Assembly (NCBI GenBank): GCA_934130005.1
Contig: CAKOXD010000001.1
Location: forward strand, 705 to 64,704
Reading direction: 5' to 3'
DNA: 64,000 nucleotides
DNA from: an uncultured Bacilli bacterium
Lineage (GTDB): Bacteria > Bacillota_I > Bacilli_A > RF39 > UBA660
A program made the translations under genes and the position numbers. Positions within the stretch are counted from its first letter, which is position 1, and every line of letters starts with the position of its first letter. The notes beneath the pieces are model-generated. The model was not told the origin of the DNA. It did no database searches and was given only the letters and a program-made list of their open reading frames with translations. Positions 47,742 to 56,045 of the stretch are shown here, in pieces.

Positions 47742-48518
47742 TTAAGATAATTTTCTTGATTCTATCTCAGCTATTTTTTCAAACACTTCTGCAGCATTAC
47801 TATCTGTTATTTCAGTATATCCTAATTCTTTCAATGCTTGTACTTTAATTGAATTAAGTTCTAATGTTCTACCAATTTTTTCTTCCATACGTTGTTCTAT
47901 CTTATTTACAAATCTTTTATGGGCCTCTGCAATCTTATTACTAGAAACACTACCACCATCATATAATGTCATTGCAGAAAACATAATACTTTCAAAAACA
48001 AATTGTTCTTCTTCATTAAATACAAATTCTAATGGTTTTGTAAAACCTGCTGATTTAGATACATATGCTAAAATATATTTAAGTTCTTTAGTACTATTCA
48101 TTGCTTGTAAAAAATGATATAAATATAATAGTTCATTATATGTTTTCTCAGAATCATCATCTTCTATATTTTCTTTTATTAAATTAATGATATTAGATAA
48201 TAAATCTTTATTTTTTTCATTTAATCCATTATATATCTCATCAACATTAATATTACTTTTATTATTATTTTCAAATAAAGTTTCAATTCTAGATTCAACT
48301 TCTACTATATAATCAGTATCAACTTTTATATTTTCTAATTCTTCAGCAGATTTTATTCCTAATAAATTTAATAATAAAACTTTTTTGTCTTTAGGCCATT
48401 TATTTAAATCATCAAGTTCTAAATAATTATATATCATTTGTCTAGATACACCTAAAAATTTAGCTAATTTAACTTTTGAAATTCCAAGTTCATGAAGTAT
48501 TTCATTTAATCTTTCCAT
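47742..48518 (-). CDS. XRE-like HTH protein with an uncharacterised C-terminal domain
   Basis: Has the N-terminal HTH segment LGISKVKLAKFLGVSRQMIYNYL. Confidence 0.6.
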   Translation of the reverse strand: MERLNEILHELGISKVKLAKFLGVSRQMIYNYLELDDLNKWPKDKKVLLLNLLGIKSAEELENIKVDTDYIVEVESRIETLFENNNKSNINVDEIYNGLNEKNKDLLSNIINLIKENIEDDDSEKTYNELLYLYHFLQAMNSTKELKYILAYVSKSAGFTKPLEFVFNEEEQFVFESIMFSAMTLYDGGSVSSNKIAEAHKRFVNKIEQRMEEKIGRTLELNSIKVQALKELGYTEITDSNAAEVFEKIAEIESRKLS

Positions 48519-48538
48519 TACTAAGACCTCCTATAATA

Positions 48539-48566
48539 ATTTTACCATTTGTATGTCAAATGTCAA
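48539..48566 (-). promoter_or_regulatory. Putative sigma-A promoter with a tandem TTGACAT repeat
   Basis: The minus strand reads TTGACATTTGACAT, then TAAAAT 16 nt after the first TTGACA. It is just upstream of the HTH gene. Confidence 0.45.
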
Positions 48567-48587
48567 GTGTAAAGTAAAAGTATAGTA

Positions 48588-49694
48588 TTATAAATACCAT
48601 ACTTTTTCATTGTTTTTTCTTACCTCTTTTATTATTCCCCCACCTAAACATTCTTCACCTAGATAAAGGACGCATGCTTGTCCTGGCGTTACAGATTTAA
48701 CTTTATTTGGATATTTAACAAGTATTTCATTATTATCTAAATATTCTAATATTACATCATTATCTTTTTGTCTATATCTGAATTTAGCACTACACTTTTC
48801 AGGTCTTTCATCACTAATAAAATTAACATTATCGATTATACATGAATCTGAATATAAATATTCATTTTCGTCGCCAAATGCTACATATAAAATATTTTCT
48901 TTTAAATTTTTTCCAACGACAAACATTCTAGATGAATTTCCACCAATATTTAATCCTTTTCTTTGTCCTATTGTATAATACATAAGGCCAATATGCTCAC
49001 CTATTTTTTCATTTGTTTCTATATCTATAATATCTCCTGGAATATTTGGTAAATAATTCTCTAAAAATTTAGAAAAATTTCTTTCACCTATAAAACATAT
49101 ACCAGTAGAATCTTTTTTATTATAAGTAATAAGCCCATTTTCCTTTGCAATATCTCTTATTTCACTTTTAGTAAGATTACCTACCGGAAATATCACATTT
49201 TCTAATTGTTTTTCCGTTACTTGAGATAAAAAATATGTTTGATCTTTATTATTGTCTATGCCTCTTAATAATTTTCCATTTTCTAATCTAGCAAAATGCC
49301 CAGTTGCTATATAATCAGCACCTAATTCTTTTGCTTTATTTAAAAACATATCAAATTTAATATACTTGTTACACATTATATCAGGATTAGGAGTTCTCCC
49401 TTTTTTTAATTCATCTAAAAAATACGTAAAAACATAATCCCAATATTCTTTTACAAAATCAACTCTTTTAAGCGGTATTCCTATTTTTTCACAAATCATA
49501 AGTGCATCATTGTAATCTTGTTCTTGAGGACAAATATTTTCACCTAATGTAGGGTTACCTAATGTATCATTATTTAAATTAGCGTCCCAATTTCTCATGA
49601 AAAGCCCTATTACATCATAACCTTGCTTTTTTAGTAAAAGAGCTGATACACTACTATCCACTCCCCCACTTATACCTACTACAACTTTTTTCAC
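48588..49694 (-). CDS. mnmA: tRNA 2-thiouridine(34) synthase
   Basis: Contains VVVGISGGVDSSV (PP-loop). GGTGATATA precedes GTG 49694. The track start further upstream is less likely. Confidence 0.9.
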   Translation of the reverse strand: MKKVVVGISGGVDSSVSALLLKKQGYDVIGLFMRNWDANLNNDTLGNPTLGENICPQEQDYNDALMICEKIGIPLKRVDFVKEYWDYVFTYFLDELKKGRTPNPDIMCNKYIKFDMFLNKAKELGADYIATGHFARLENGKLLRGIDNNKDQTYFLSQVTEKQLENVIFPVGNLTKSEIRDIAKENGLITYNKKDSTGICFIGERNFSKFLENYLPNIPGDIIDIETNEKIGEHIGLMYYTIGQRKGLNIGGNSSRMFVVGKNLKENILYVAFGDENEYLYSDSCIIDNVNFISDERPEKCSAKFRYRQKDNDVILEYLDNNEILVKYPNKVKSVTPGQACVLYLGEECLGGGIIKEVRKNNEKVWYL

Positions 49695-49748
49695 TATATC
49701 ACCAACTTCTACATATATTTTATCATATTTTAACAAAAAAAGTTATTA

Positions 49749-50354
49749 TTAAAATAACTTTATTAAATTTGGAACTATAAAAGTTTCATAAATTGTTGTT
49801 ATTAAAATTACTGCTAATGAAATAAATAATATATTTATATATTTATTCATCATAGTTTTAAAATTAAGATTTTTTTTCTTAAAAATAGCATATATAAGTG
49901 TTAAAGAAAAATTAATTGTAAAATATATTAATATAGTGTATATAATTAAATTAATTAAATTATGGGGAACAATATATATAAACGCATATAAACATCCCTT
50001 TATTTTATAAGTTAAAATAAATGATGAAATTGAAAAACCCATAATAAAAGACTTTATAAAATAATAAAATATATTAATTGGTATACCAATTACAGACATT
50101 CCAAGTAGCCATACAATTATGATGAATGATAAATTTTCTAAAAATATATTTTTAAATGAATCAAAATAACTAATTTTATCAATATTATTTAAATATGATG
50201 TTATATAGTTTTTTACAAGAGCTTGGTCACTTTTTGATATTACAGTAATAAATATAACCCCTGAAATAAAACCAAATAGCGTAATTCCTAGTAAAAATAA
50301 TAATCCATTTTTATTAATTTTTAATTTTTTTCTTACTTTTTCTATTATATTCAT
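49749..50354 (-). CDS. spoIIM: Stage II sporulation protein M
   Basis: About 200-aa polytopic protein with the SpoIIM-like central FLENLSFIIIVWLLGMSVIGIPINIFYYFIKSF segment. Confidence 0.7.
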   Translation of the reverse strand: MNIIEKVRKKLKINKNGLLFLLGITLFGFISGVIFITVISKSDQALVKNYITSYLNNIDKISYFDSFKNIFLENLSFIIIVWLLGMSVIGIPINIFYYFIKSFIMGFSISSFILTYKIKGCLYAFIYIVPHNLINLIIYTILIYFTINFSLTLIYAIFKKKNLNFKTMMNKYINILFISLAVILITTIYETFIVPNLIKLF

Positions 50355-50447
50355 GGTTTCACCTCAATAAATTATATTTAATTAAAAATAAAATATTCCA
50401 TTTTTATCAAAAATATATTATAATTTATTTATGTATGAGGTGATATA

Positions 50448-50555
50448 ATGAGTAAGAAGAAAAAAACAAGTAATAGTCAAAAAATATTAGCAATAGCTAT
50501 GTTATTAGCTATTACAATTTCTATATTAGCTTCTATATTTGCATATATGTTATAA
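50448..50555 (+). CDS. 35-aa tail-anchored micro-protein (MSKKKKTSNSQKILAIAMLLAITISILASIFAYML)
   Basis: GAGGTGATATA precedes the ATG. It is below the track cut-off. Confidence 0.45.
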   Translation: MSKKKKTSNSQKILAIAMLLAITISILASIFAYML

Positions 50556-50568
50556 TACATATATTTTT

Positions 50569-51603
50569 TTATATATTGTCAACTTTGTCATGTAAAGATC
50601 TATTAATACTTCCACCAATTATATCAGCTAATTTTTCTATTACAAAATCTATTTCTTTAGGCGTTACCATTAAATTGTATCCAATAGGATTTAATACTTC
50701 AAAAACTAATTCTTTTATTTCTAAATCATTAAAATTACCAAGTAATCCTAATAACTCTTTTTTATCATTATCAGTTACTTCTAAATCTTTTTTTAAATAA
50801 TTAACACTGCTGCTAAGTGTTAATTTACTCATAGGGTTATTTTGAAATTTTTTATTAAATACATAATGTTTTTGCATATATTTTATAGTATCACTAACTA
50901 TTATAGTAGCATCTACAACAGTTGGCACTCCAATTGCTATTACGGGAACTTTTATAGTATCATAACTTATTTCTTTTCTTTTGTTTCCTACCCCACTTCC
51001 AGGATGTATTCCAGTATCTGTTATTTGTATTGTTTTATTTAATCTATCAATAGAACCACTAGCAAGTGAATCTATACATATTAAAAAATTAGGTTTTATA
51101 AGATTTACAATACTTTTTATAAGTTCACTTGTTTCAATTCCTGTAACTCCAGTCACATTAGGGGAAATAGCAGCCACTGGTCTAAATCCCTCTTCTAATT
51201 CATCTATTTCATATAAATGATTAGTTACAATTATATTTTTTATAGATATTGGTCCTAATGAATCAGGAGTTGACTTTTCATTTCCAAGACCAATAATTAA
51301 ACAAGAATCATCTTTTTTTATATCTAGTTTTTTTAGGAATTTATCTAATTCATCTTTCAAAACTTTCTTTACTTTTTCTTTATTATTATAATCTGTTATA
51401 TCATCAAATTTTATCGTTACATACATACCTTTCTTTTTATTTAATAATTTACTATCATTTTCATTTAAATTTACTGTAGTAACTACTATATCATCTTCTT
51501 GTTTTACTTTAGAGTCAATATTATTTATGTTATTATTTTCTATTACTTCATCAATTAAATCAGTTCTAAATTCATATTTATTTAAATCAATTTCATGATT
51601 CAT
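50569..51603 (-). CDS. gpr: Germination protease GPR (A25)
   Basis: Contains IIGLGNEKSTPDSLGP and IDSLA motifs. It is divergent from rpsT, as in Bacillus. Confidence 0.85.
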   Translation of the reverse strand: MNHEIDLNKYEFRTDLIDEVIENNNINNIDSKVKQEDDIVVTTVNLNENDSKLLNKKKGMYVTIKFDDITDYNNKEKVKKVLKDELDKFLKKLDIKKDDSCLIIGLGNEKSTPDSLGPISIKNIIVTNHLYEIDELEEGFRPVAAISPNVTGVTGIETSELIKSIVNLIKPNFLICIDSLASGSIDRLNKTIQITDTGIHPGSGVGNKRKEISYDTIKVPVIAIGVPTVVDATIIVSDTIKYMQKHYVFNKKFQNNPMSKLTLSSSVNYLKKDLEVTDNDKKELLGLLGNFNDLEIKELVFEVLNPIGYNLMVTPKEIDFVIEKLADIIGGSINRSLHDKVDNI

Positions 51604-51702
51604 ATTATCACCTTTAATATTTTTACCAAATTAATACATTTTATTTGCATTTTTATTATTTTTTTGATAAAATGTATATGTTGATGACTTGGAGGTGAAA
51701 TT

Positions 51703-51966
51703 ATGCCAAATATGAAAAATGCTAAAAAAGCAGTAAAAACTATTGAAAAGAAAAGAATAATTAATAATAACTACAAAGCTAGTATGAAAACAGCTATTAA
51801 AAATGTAGAAAAAGCAATTTTATCTAAAGATAAAACTTCAGCAACTGAAGCTTTAAAAACAGCTATAGTAAGACTTGATAAAGCAGGATCTGCTAAAGTT
51901 GTTACAAGTAACTATGTAGCTCGTAATAAATCAAGATTAACTAAAAAAGTAAACGAAATGAAATAA
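51703..51966 (+). CDS. rpsT: 30S ribosomal protein S20
   Basis: Begins PNMKNAKKAVKT; basic protein of 87 aa. Confidence 0.93.
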   Translation: MPNMKNAKKAVKTIEKKRIINNNYKASMKTAIKNVEKAILSKDKTSATEALKTAIVRLDKAGSAKVVTSNYVARNKSRLTKKVNEMK

Positions 51967-52025
51967 AATGCTATAAAGCATTTTTATTTTTTTTTATTTT
52001 TGTTATAATTATTCTAGGTGATAAT

Positions 52026-52940
52026 ATGAAAAAAGTAATTAGCTTTTTATTTTGTCTTATGCTTTTAGGAATAGTTTATTATTATAGAACTGATATTACA
52101 AAATACATTATTGATAATTATATTTATAAAAAAGAAATAGACCTTCCAGATTCTAATGAATATAGAAGAAATTATGATTTTTCATTTGTACAAGAAACAA
52201 GTAATTTTTATCCAAATAATAAACAAGAATTATATAATGTATTTTATACTATCTTAAATAATGGATATGATTCTTTTACATTCTATTGTGGTGATGAATA
52301 TACAAATTGTGAAAAAGATATAAAAGAATTAACACAAGAAAACAATCAAATACTATCTACAATAAATAACTATGTTCATCCATATAATAGTTATAGTTCA
52401 ATTAATGTCAATATGAATTCACTTGGTAGAATTAATGTCAATATTACAAAACTATATAGTAGTGATGATATATATACGTTAAACAATTATATTAATACTA
52501 ATTATAGTAAGATAATAAATGATAAAATGACAGATAGTGAAAAAATAAAAGCAGCACACGACTTTATTATAAATAATTCAACATATGATAAAACATGGAA
52601 AGAAACAAAATCTGAAAATAGAATTCATAAATCAAATATTGCATATGGGCCTTTAATTGAAAAAATAGGATTATGTGGTGGATATACAGATGCAATGGAA
52701 TTATTTTTAGAAAAAATGGGTATTAAGAGTTATAAAATTGCTAGTGATAATCATATATGGAATTACGTATATATCAATAATAGTTGGAAACATTTAGATT
52801 TAACATGGGATGATCCAGTAACTAATACTGGTAAAGAAATATTACAATATGATTATTATCTTCTTGATACAAAAACGCTCGAAAATAAAAAAGATAATGA
52901 ACATAATTATCCAAAAGAATACTATATAGAAGCAAAATAA
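52026..52940 (+). CDS. Transglutaminase-like domain protein (membrane anchored)
   Basis: Contains the core GLCGGYTDAMELFLEKMGIKSY...HIWNYVY...LDLTWDDP. Confidence 0.75.
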   Translation: MKKVISFLFCLMLLGIVYYYRTDITKYIIDNYIYKKEIDLPDSNEYRRNYDFSFVQETSNFYPNNKQELYNVFYTILNNGYDSFTFYCGDEYTNCEKDIKELTQENNQILSTINNYVHPYNSYSSINVNMNSLGRINVNITKLYSSDDIYTLNNYINTNYSKIINDKMTDSEKIKAAHDFIINNSTYDKTWKETKSENRIHKSNIAYGPLIEKIGLCGGYTDAMELFLEKMGIKSYKIASDNHIWNYVYINNSWKHLDLTWDDPVTNTGKEILQYDYYLLDTKTLENKKDNEHNYPKEYYIEAK

Positions 52941-52960
52941 GTGATTAATCACTTATTTTT

Positions 52961-53932
52961 TTACATATTTTTTAAATAATTTACTGCATCATCAAAAGTT
53001 TTAACTTCTACTATTTTAATATTATATTTATTTTGTTTTTTATATTTTAATGCTTCTTTATAATTACCACTTGGAACTAAAAATACATCTGCTTTTTCTT
53101 TAACAGCACCTCTCAATTTATATTTTATTCCATCAATTTCCCCTACTGTTCCATCAATTTCTATAGTACCAGTTCCAGCTATTTTTAAACCTTTAGTTAT
53201 ATCAAATTTTGTTAATTTATTATATATCAATAAAGTTGTCATTAATCCACCAGATGAACCATATTCATTTTTTTTATCTACAACTTTAATTTTAGGATAT
53301 GTTTCAATATCTCTATCATATGTTACTATCACTCCTATTTTACCATCTTTTATAGTAGCATATCTTTCATACTCTTTATTATCATTTATTACCTTTATTT
53401 TTATTTTATTTTTATTTTTTATCAATTCTTTTATTTCTTCTTTTGAATTAACTATGATATTATCAATACTTATAATTTTGTCTTTTATCTTTAAATCGGT
53501 ATCAGAATCATTATATATATAAGTTATATACATATCTGAACTTTTAATTTTTACTAGTTTATCTGCTTTTAAATAACTAATTATTATAGCATTATCACTT
53601 GCTTCCTTCAGCATCATTTTTCCTCTAAAATTTACTTCTTCTTCTGTCTCATTTTCATATACAACTTCTTCTTTTTTTATAATATCCATATTTTTATTTA
53701 ATTTAGCTATTAAAAGGGTTGGAATTGTTCCTTTATACTCAGATACATAAGTCATATTTATACTTCCTTTAGAATTATAACTTTTATCAATTATATATCT
53801 ATCATTTATATTTATAAGCCCACCAGATGTTTCTATATAATAAGGAAGTTTTATATTAAACAATAAAAATATAACAATTAATGTAATAATAAAAAATATA
53901 TTTCTTTTTATTAAATCAAATATTTTTTTCAT
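52961..53932 (-). CDS. YlbL/SdrC-like PDZ plus Lon-type S16 protease
   Basis: Has an N-terminal anchor, a PDZ-like middle region, and the Lon_C contexts GSSGGLMTTLLIY and GTVGEIDGIKYK. Confidence 0.8.
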   Translation of the reverse strand: MKKIFDLIKRNIFFIITLIVIFLLFNIKLPYYIETSGGLININDRYIIDKSYNSKGSINMTYVSEYKGTIPTLLIAKLNKNMDIIKKEEVVYENETEEEVNFRGKMMLKEASDNAIIISYLKADKLVKIKSSDMYITYIYNDSDTDLKIKDKIISIDNIIVNSKEEIKELIKNKNKIKIKVINDNKEYERYATIKDGKIGVIVTYDRDIETYPKIKVVDKKNEYGSSGGLMTTLLIYNKLTKFDITKGLKIAGTGTIEIDGTVGEIDGIKYKLRGAVKEKADVFLVPSGNYKEALKYKKQNKYNIKIVEVKTFDDAVNYLKNM

Positions 53933-54008
53933 ACCTTTTCTCCTTATGTTATTATATGTTTGATAAGATAATTATAACATAATTACATATAATTAATAAG
54001 GTGAATTT

Positions 54009-54929
54009 ATGAAAAAATTAATTATGTATCTATTAGTTATAATAATGTTTTTAATTTTAAAAAATTCTAGTATTATAATAAATACAGTTATATATTCTGT
54101 TAACCTATTTAAAGCAAGCATTTTTCCATCTTTATTTCCATTCTTTATTATTTCTGAATTATTAATTAATTATGGATTTATTGATTATTTATCTAATATT
54201 TTTAAATCATTAATGCTAAAAATATTTAAAATTAATCCAAATTGTTCTTTTATCTTATTTATGAGTATGATTTCTGGCTTTCCAAGTAATTCAAAATATA
54301 CAAAAGATTTATATTTAAAAGGTGAAATAAATGAAATGGAAGCATCTAAAATACTTATGTATACTCATTTTTCAAATCCATTATTTATAATGGGAGCTAT
54401 TTCAATTACATTCTTGCATGATAAAAAAGCTGGATTTATAATTTTATTAATTCATTATTTATCTAACTTTATAATTGGTATACTAAGTAGAAATTTTATA
54501 AAAACACCTATTAGTGATAAAATTGTAAAAAAAAATACAACTAATAATTTTTCCTATATATTAAGTAAAGCTATAATTAATAGTTTTAATACTCTTTTTT
54601 TAATATTAGGAACCATAATTATATTCCAGATTATAACTAACTTAACAAGTGAAATACTGCCTTTAAATGACTATTTTAAAGCTATAATTAGTGGTATTTT
54701 AGAAATGAGTAGTGGAATCTATAATATTAGTTTATTAAATATTCCACTAAAAAATAAATGTACTTTAATTGGTATGATTTTATCATTTGGAGGAATAAGT
54801 GTACATATGCAAATAAAAAGTATCCTATCAGATACTAAAATTAAATACTATCCTTTCTTTATAGCTCGTTTAATTCATAGTGCTATAACAGGACTACTTA
54901 TGTTTTATTTATTTGATTTTATTTATTAA
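54009..54929 (+). CDS. ylbJ: Sporulation integral membrane protein YlbJ (nucleoside-recognition Gate domains)
   Basis: Polytopic protein with the FPSLFPFFIISELL motif. It is adjacent to the ylbL homologue, as in Bacillus. Confidence 0.75.
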   Translation: MKKLIMYLLVIIMFLILKNSSIIINTVIYSVNLFKASIFPSLFPFFIISELLINYGFIDYLSNIFKSLMLKIFKINPNCSFILFMSMISGFPSNSKYTKDLYLKGEINEMEASKILMYTHFSNPLFIMGAISITFLHDKKAGFIILLIHYLSNFIIGILSRNFIKTPISDKIVKKNTTNNFSYILSKAIINSFNTLFLILGTIIIFQIITNLTSEILPLNDYFKAIISGILEMSSGIYNISLLNIPLKNKCTLIGMILSFGGISVHMQIKSILSDTKIKYYPFFIARLIHSAITGLLMFYLFDFIY

Positions 54930-55419
54930 AAGTAGTTAAAATAGTATTATCAAATGTTATAGTGTCATTTATCTGACTAACAATACTAATACCATAATCT
55001 CCTTTTAATAATTTATTTTTAATAGAAACATTTATTTTTATAATACTTCCTATATCAAAATCATCTTTATTAATATAGATATCTTCAAATGAACTTGAAT
55101 CACTTAATTTTATAGAATAATTATCATATGTAATTATTTTTTTTGTTTTATCTACCTTTAAGTTTTTACTTCCAGTATCATAAGTAAAAGTAATACAGTT
55201 ATCTCCACATGATTTTATTTCACTTAATACTTTATTATTTAAATCGTTTTTTATTTTATCAGTCAATGTACCTTGTTTTGTAAGTAAAACAGTTCTCATA
55301 TCACCACTAATATATAATTCTTTTAAAGAGATAGTTAATTTTATTAAAAGAGTTGCTATTACAGATATTAACACAAAAGTTGTCATTAATTCAACTACAG
55401 TAAAACCTCTATTTTTCAT
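54919..55419 (-). CDS. Minor pilin / pseudopilin
   Basis: Has the class III signal MKNRGFTVVELMTTFVLISV. Confidence 0.75.
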   Translation of the reverse strand: MKNRGFTVVELMTTFVLISVIATLLIKLTISLKELYISGDMRTVLLTKQGTLTDKIKNDLNNKVLSEIKSCGDNCITFTYDTGSKNLKVDKTKKIITYDNYSIKLSDSSSFEDIYINKDDFDIGSIIKINVSIKNKLLKGDYGISIVSQINDTITFDNTILTTFNK

Positions 55420-55943
55420 TATTCTACCTCCTCTTTTTCTATTTTTATATTAGAAAAAGTATTATCATTATATTCAACAATTAAAAGGTATGTATTTAAA
55501 TTAGTTGTATTATTTATATTTTTAACATATAAATATAAATTATTTGAATAAGGATTTTTATCCTTGAGTGTATTTTTTAGTGTTGTTAAATCACTTTTTG
55601 AAAGTAATATTGTTTTAGCGTCTATATCGCTTATTAACTTTTCACAATAATTTTGGTATTTAGAAAAATAAGTTATATTACATTCACCATTATATAATTC
55701 AATATATCCTTTACTAATCATATCAGAATTATTTATAAATTCAGCATATCCATAGTTATTATTAATAAATTTATCCACCTCTTTTATATTATAAAGGCCA
55801 GTTATAGTATCATATCTAAAACTTATATCATAACTTTTTTTTAGATTTATAAATTGAATATATAAATACACTAATGTACTAATAATAAATGTAGATACAA
55901 CAAGTGTTTCAACTAACATAAATCCTCTATTCTTTTTTTTCAT
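55419..55943 (-). CDS. Minor pilin / pseudopilin
   Basis: Has the class III signal MKKKNRGFMLVETLVVSTFII. Its stop overlaps the start of the next gene. Confidence 0.75.
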   Translation of the reverse strand: MKKKNRGFMLVETLVVSTFIISTLVYLYIQFINLKKSYDISFRYDTITGLYNIKEVDKFINNNYGYAEFINNSDMISKGYIELYNGECNITYFSKYQNYCEKLISDIDAKTILLSKSDLTTLKNTLKDKNPYSNNLYLYVKNINNTTNLNTYLLIVEYNDNTFSNIKIEKEEVE

Positions 55944-55975
55944 AAATTTAACTCCTTTTTATTGTCTTTAAACTA

Positions 55976-55995
55976 AATATATTATATAATATATT
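55976..55995. promoter_or_regulatory. 20-bp perfect palindrome in the divergent pilB / minor-pilin control region
   Basis: AATATATTATATAATATATT is its own reverse complement. It carries a TATAAT hexamer on each strand. Confidence 0.45.
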
Positions 55996-56045
55996 CAGGA
56001 TAAAAGCTAGTCCTAAATTAAGAATAAAGAGGAGTTGAATTTTTT

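Noticed and set aside
54919-54929. 11-nt convergent overlap of ylbJ and the minor pilin gene, and a 17-nt convergent overlap of trmK and the yqfQ-like gene at 31271-31287.
   Set aside because: Short 3' overlaps are common in compact genomes. No additional structure was seen.
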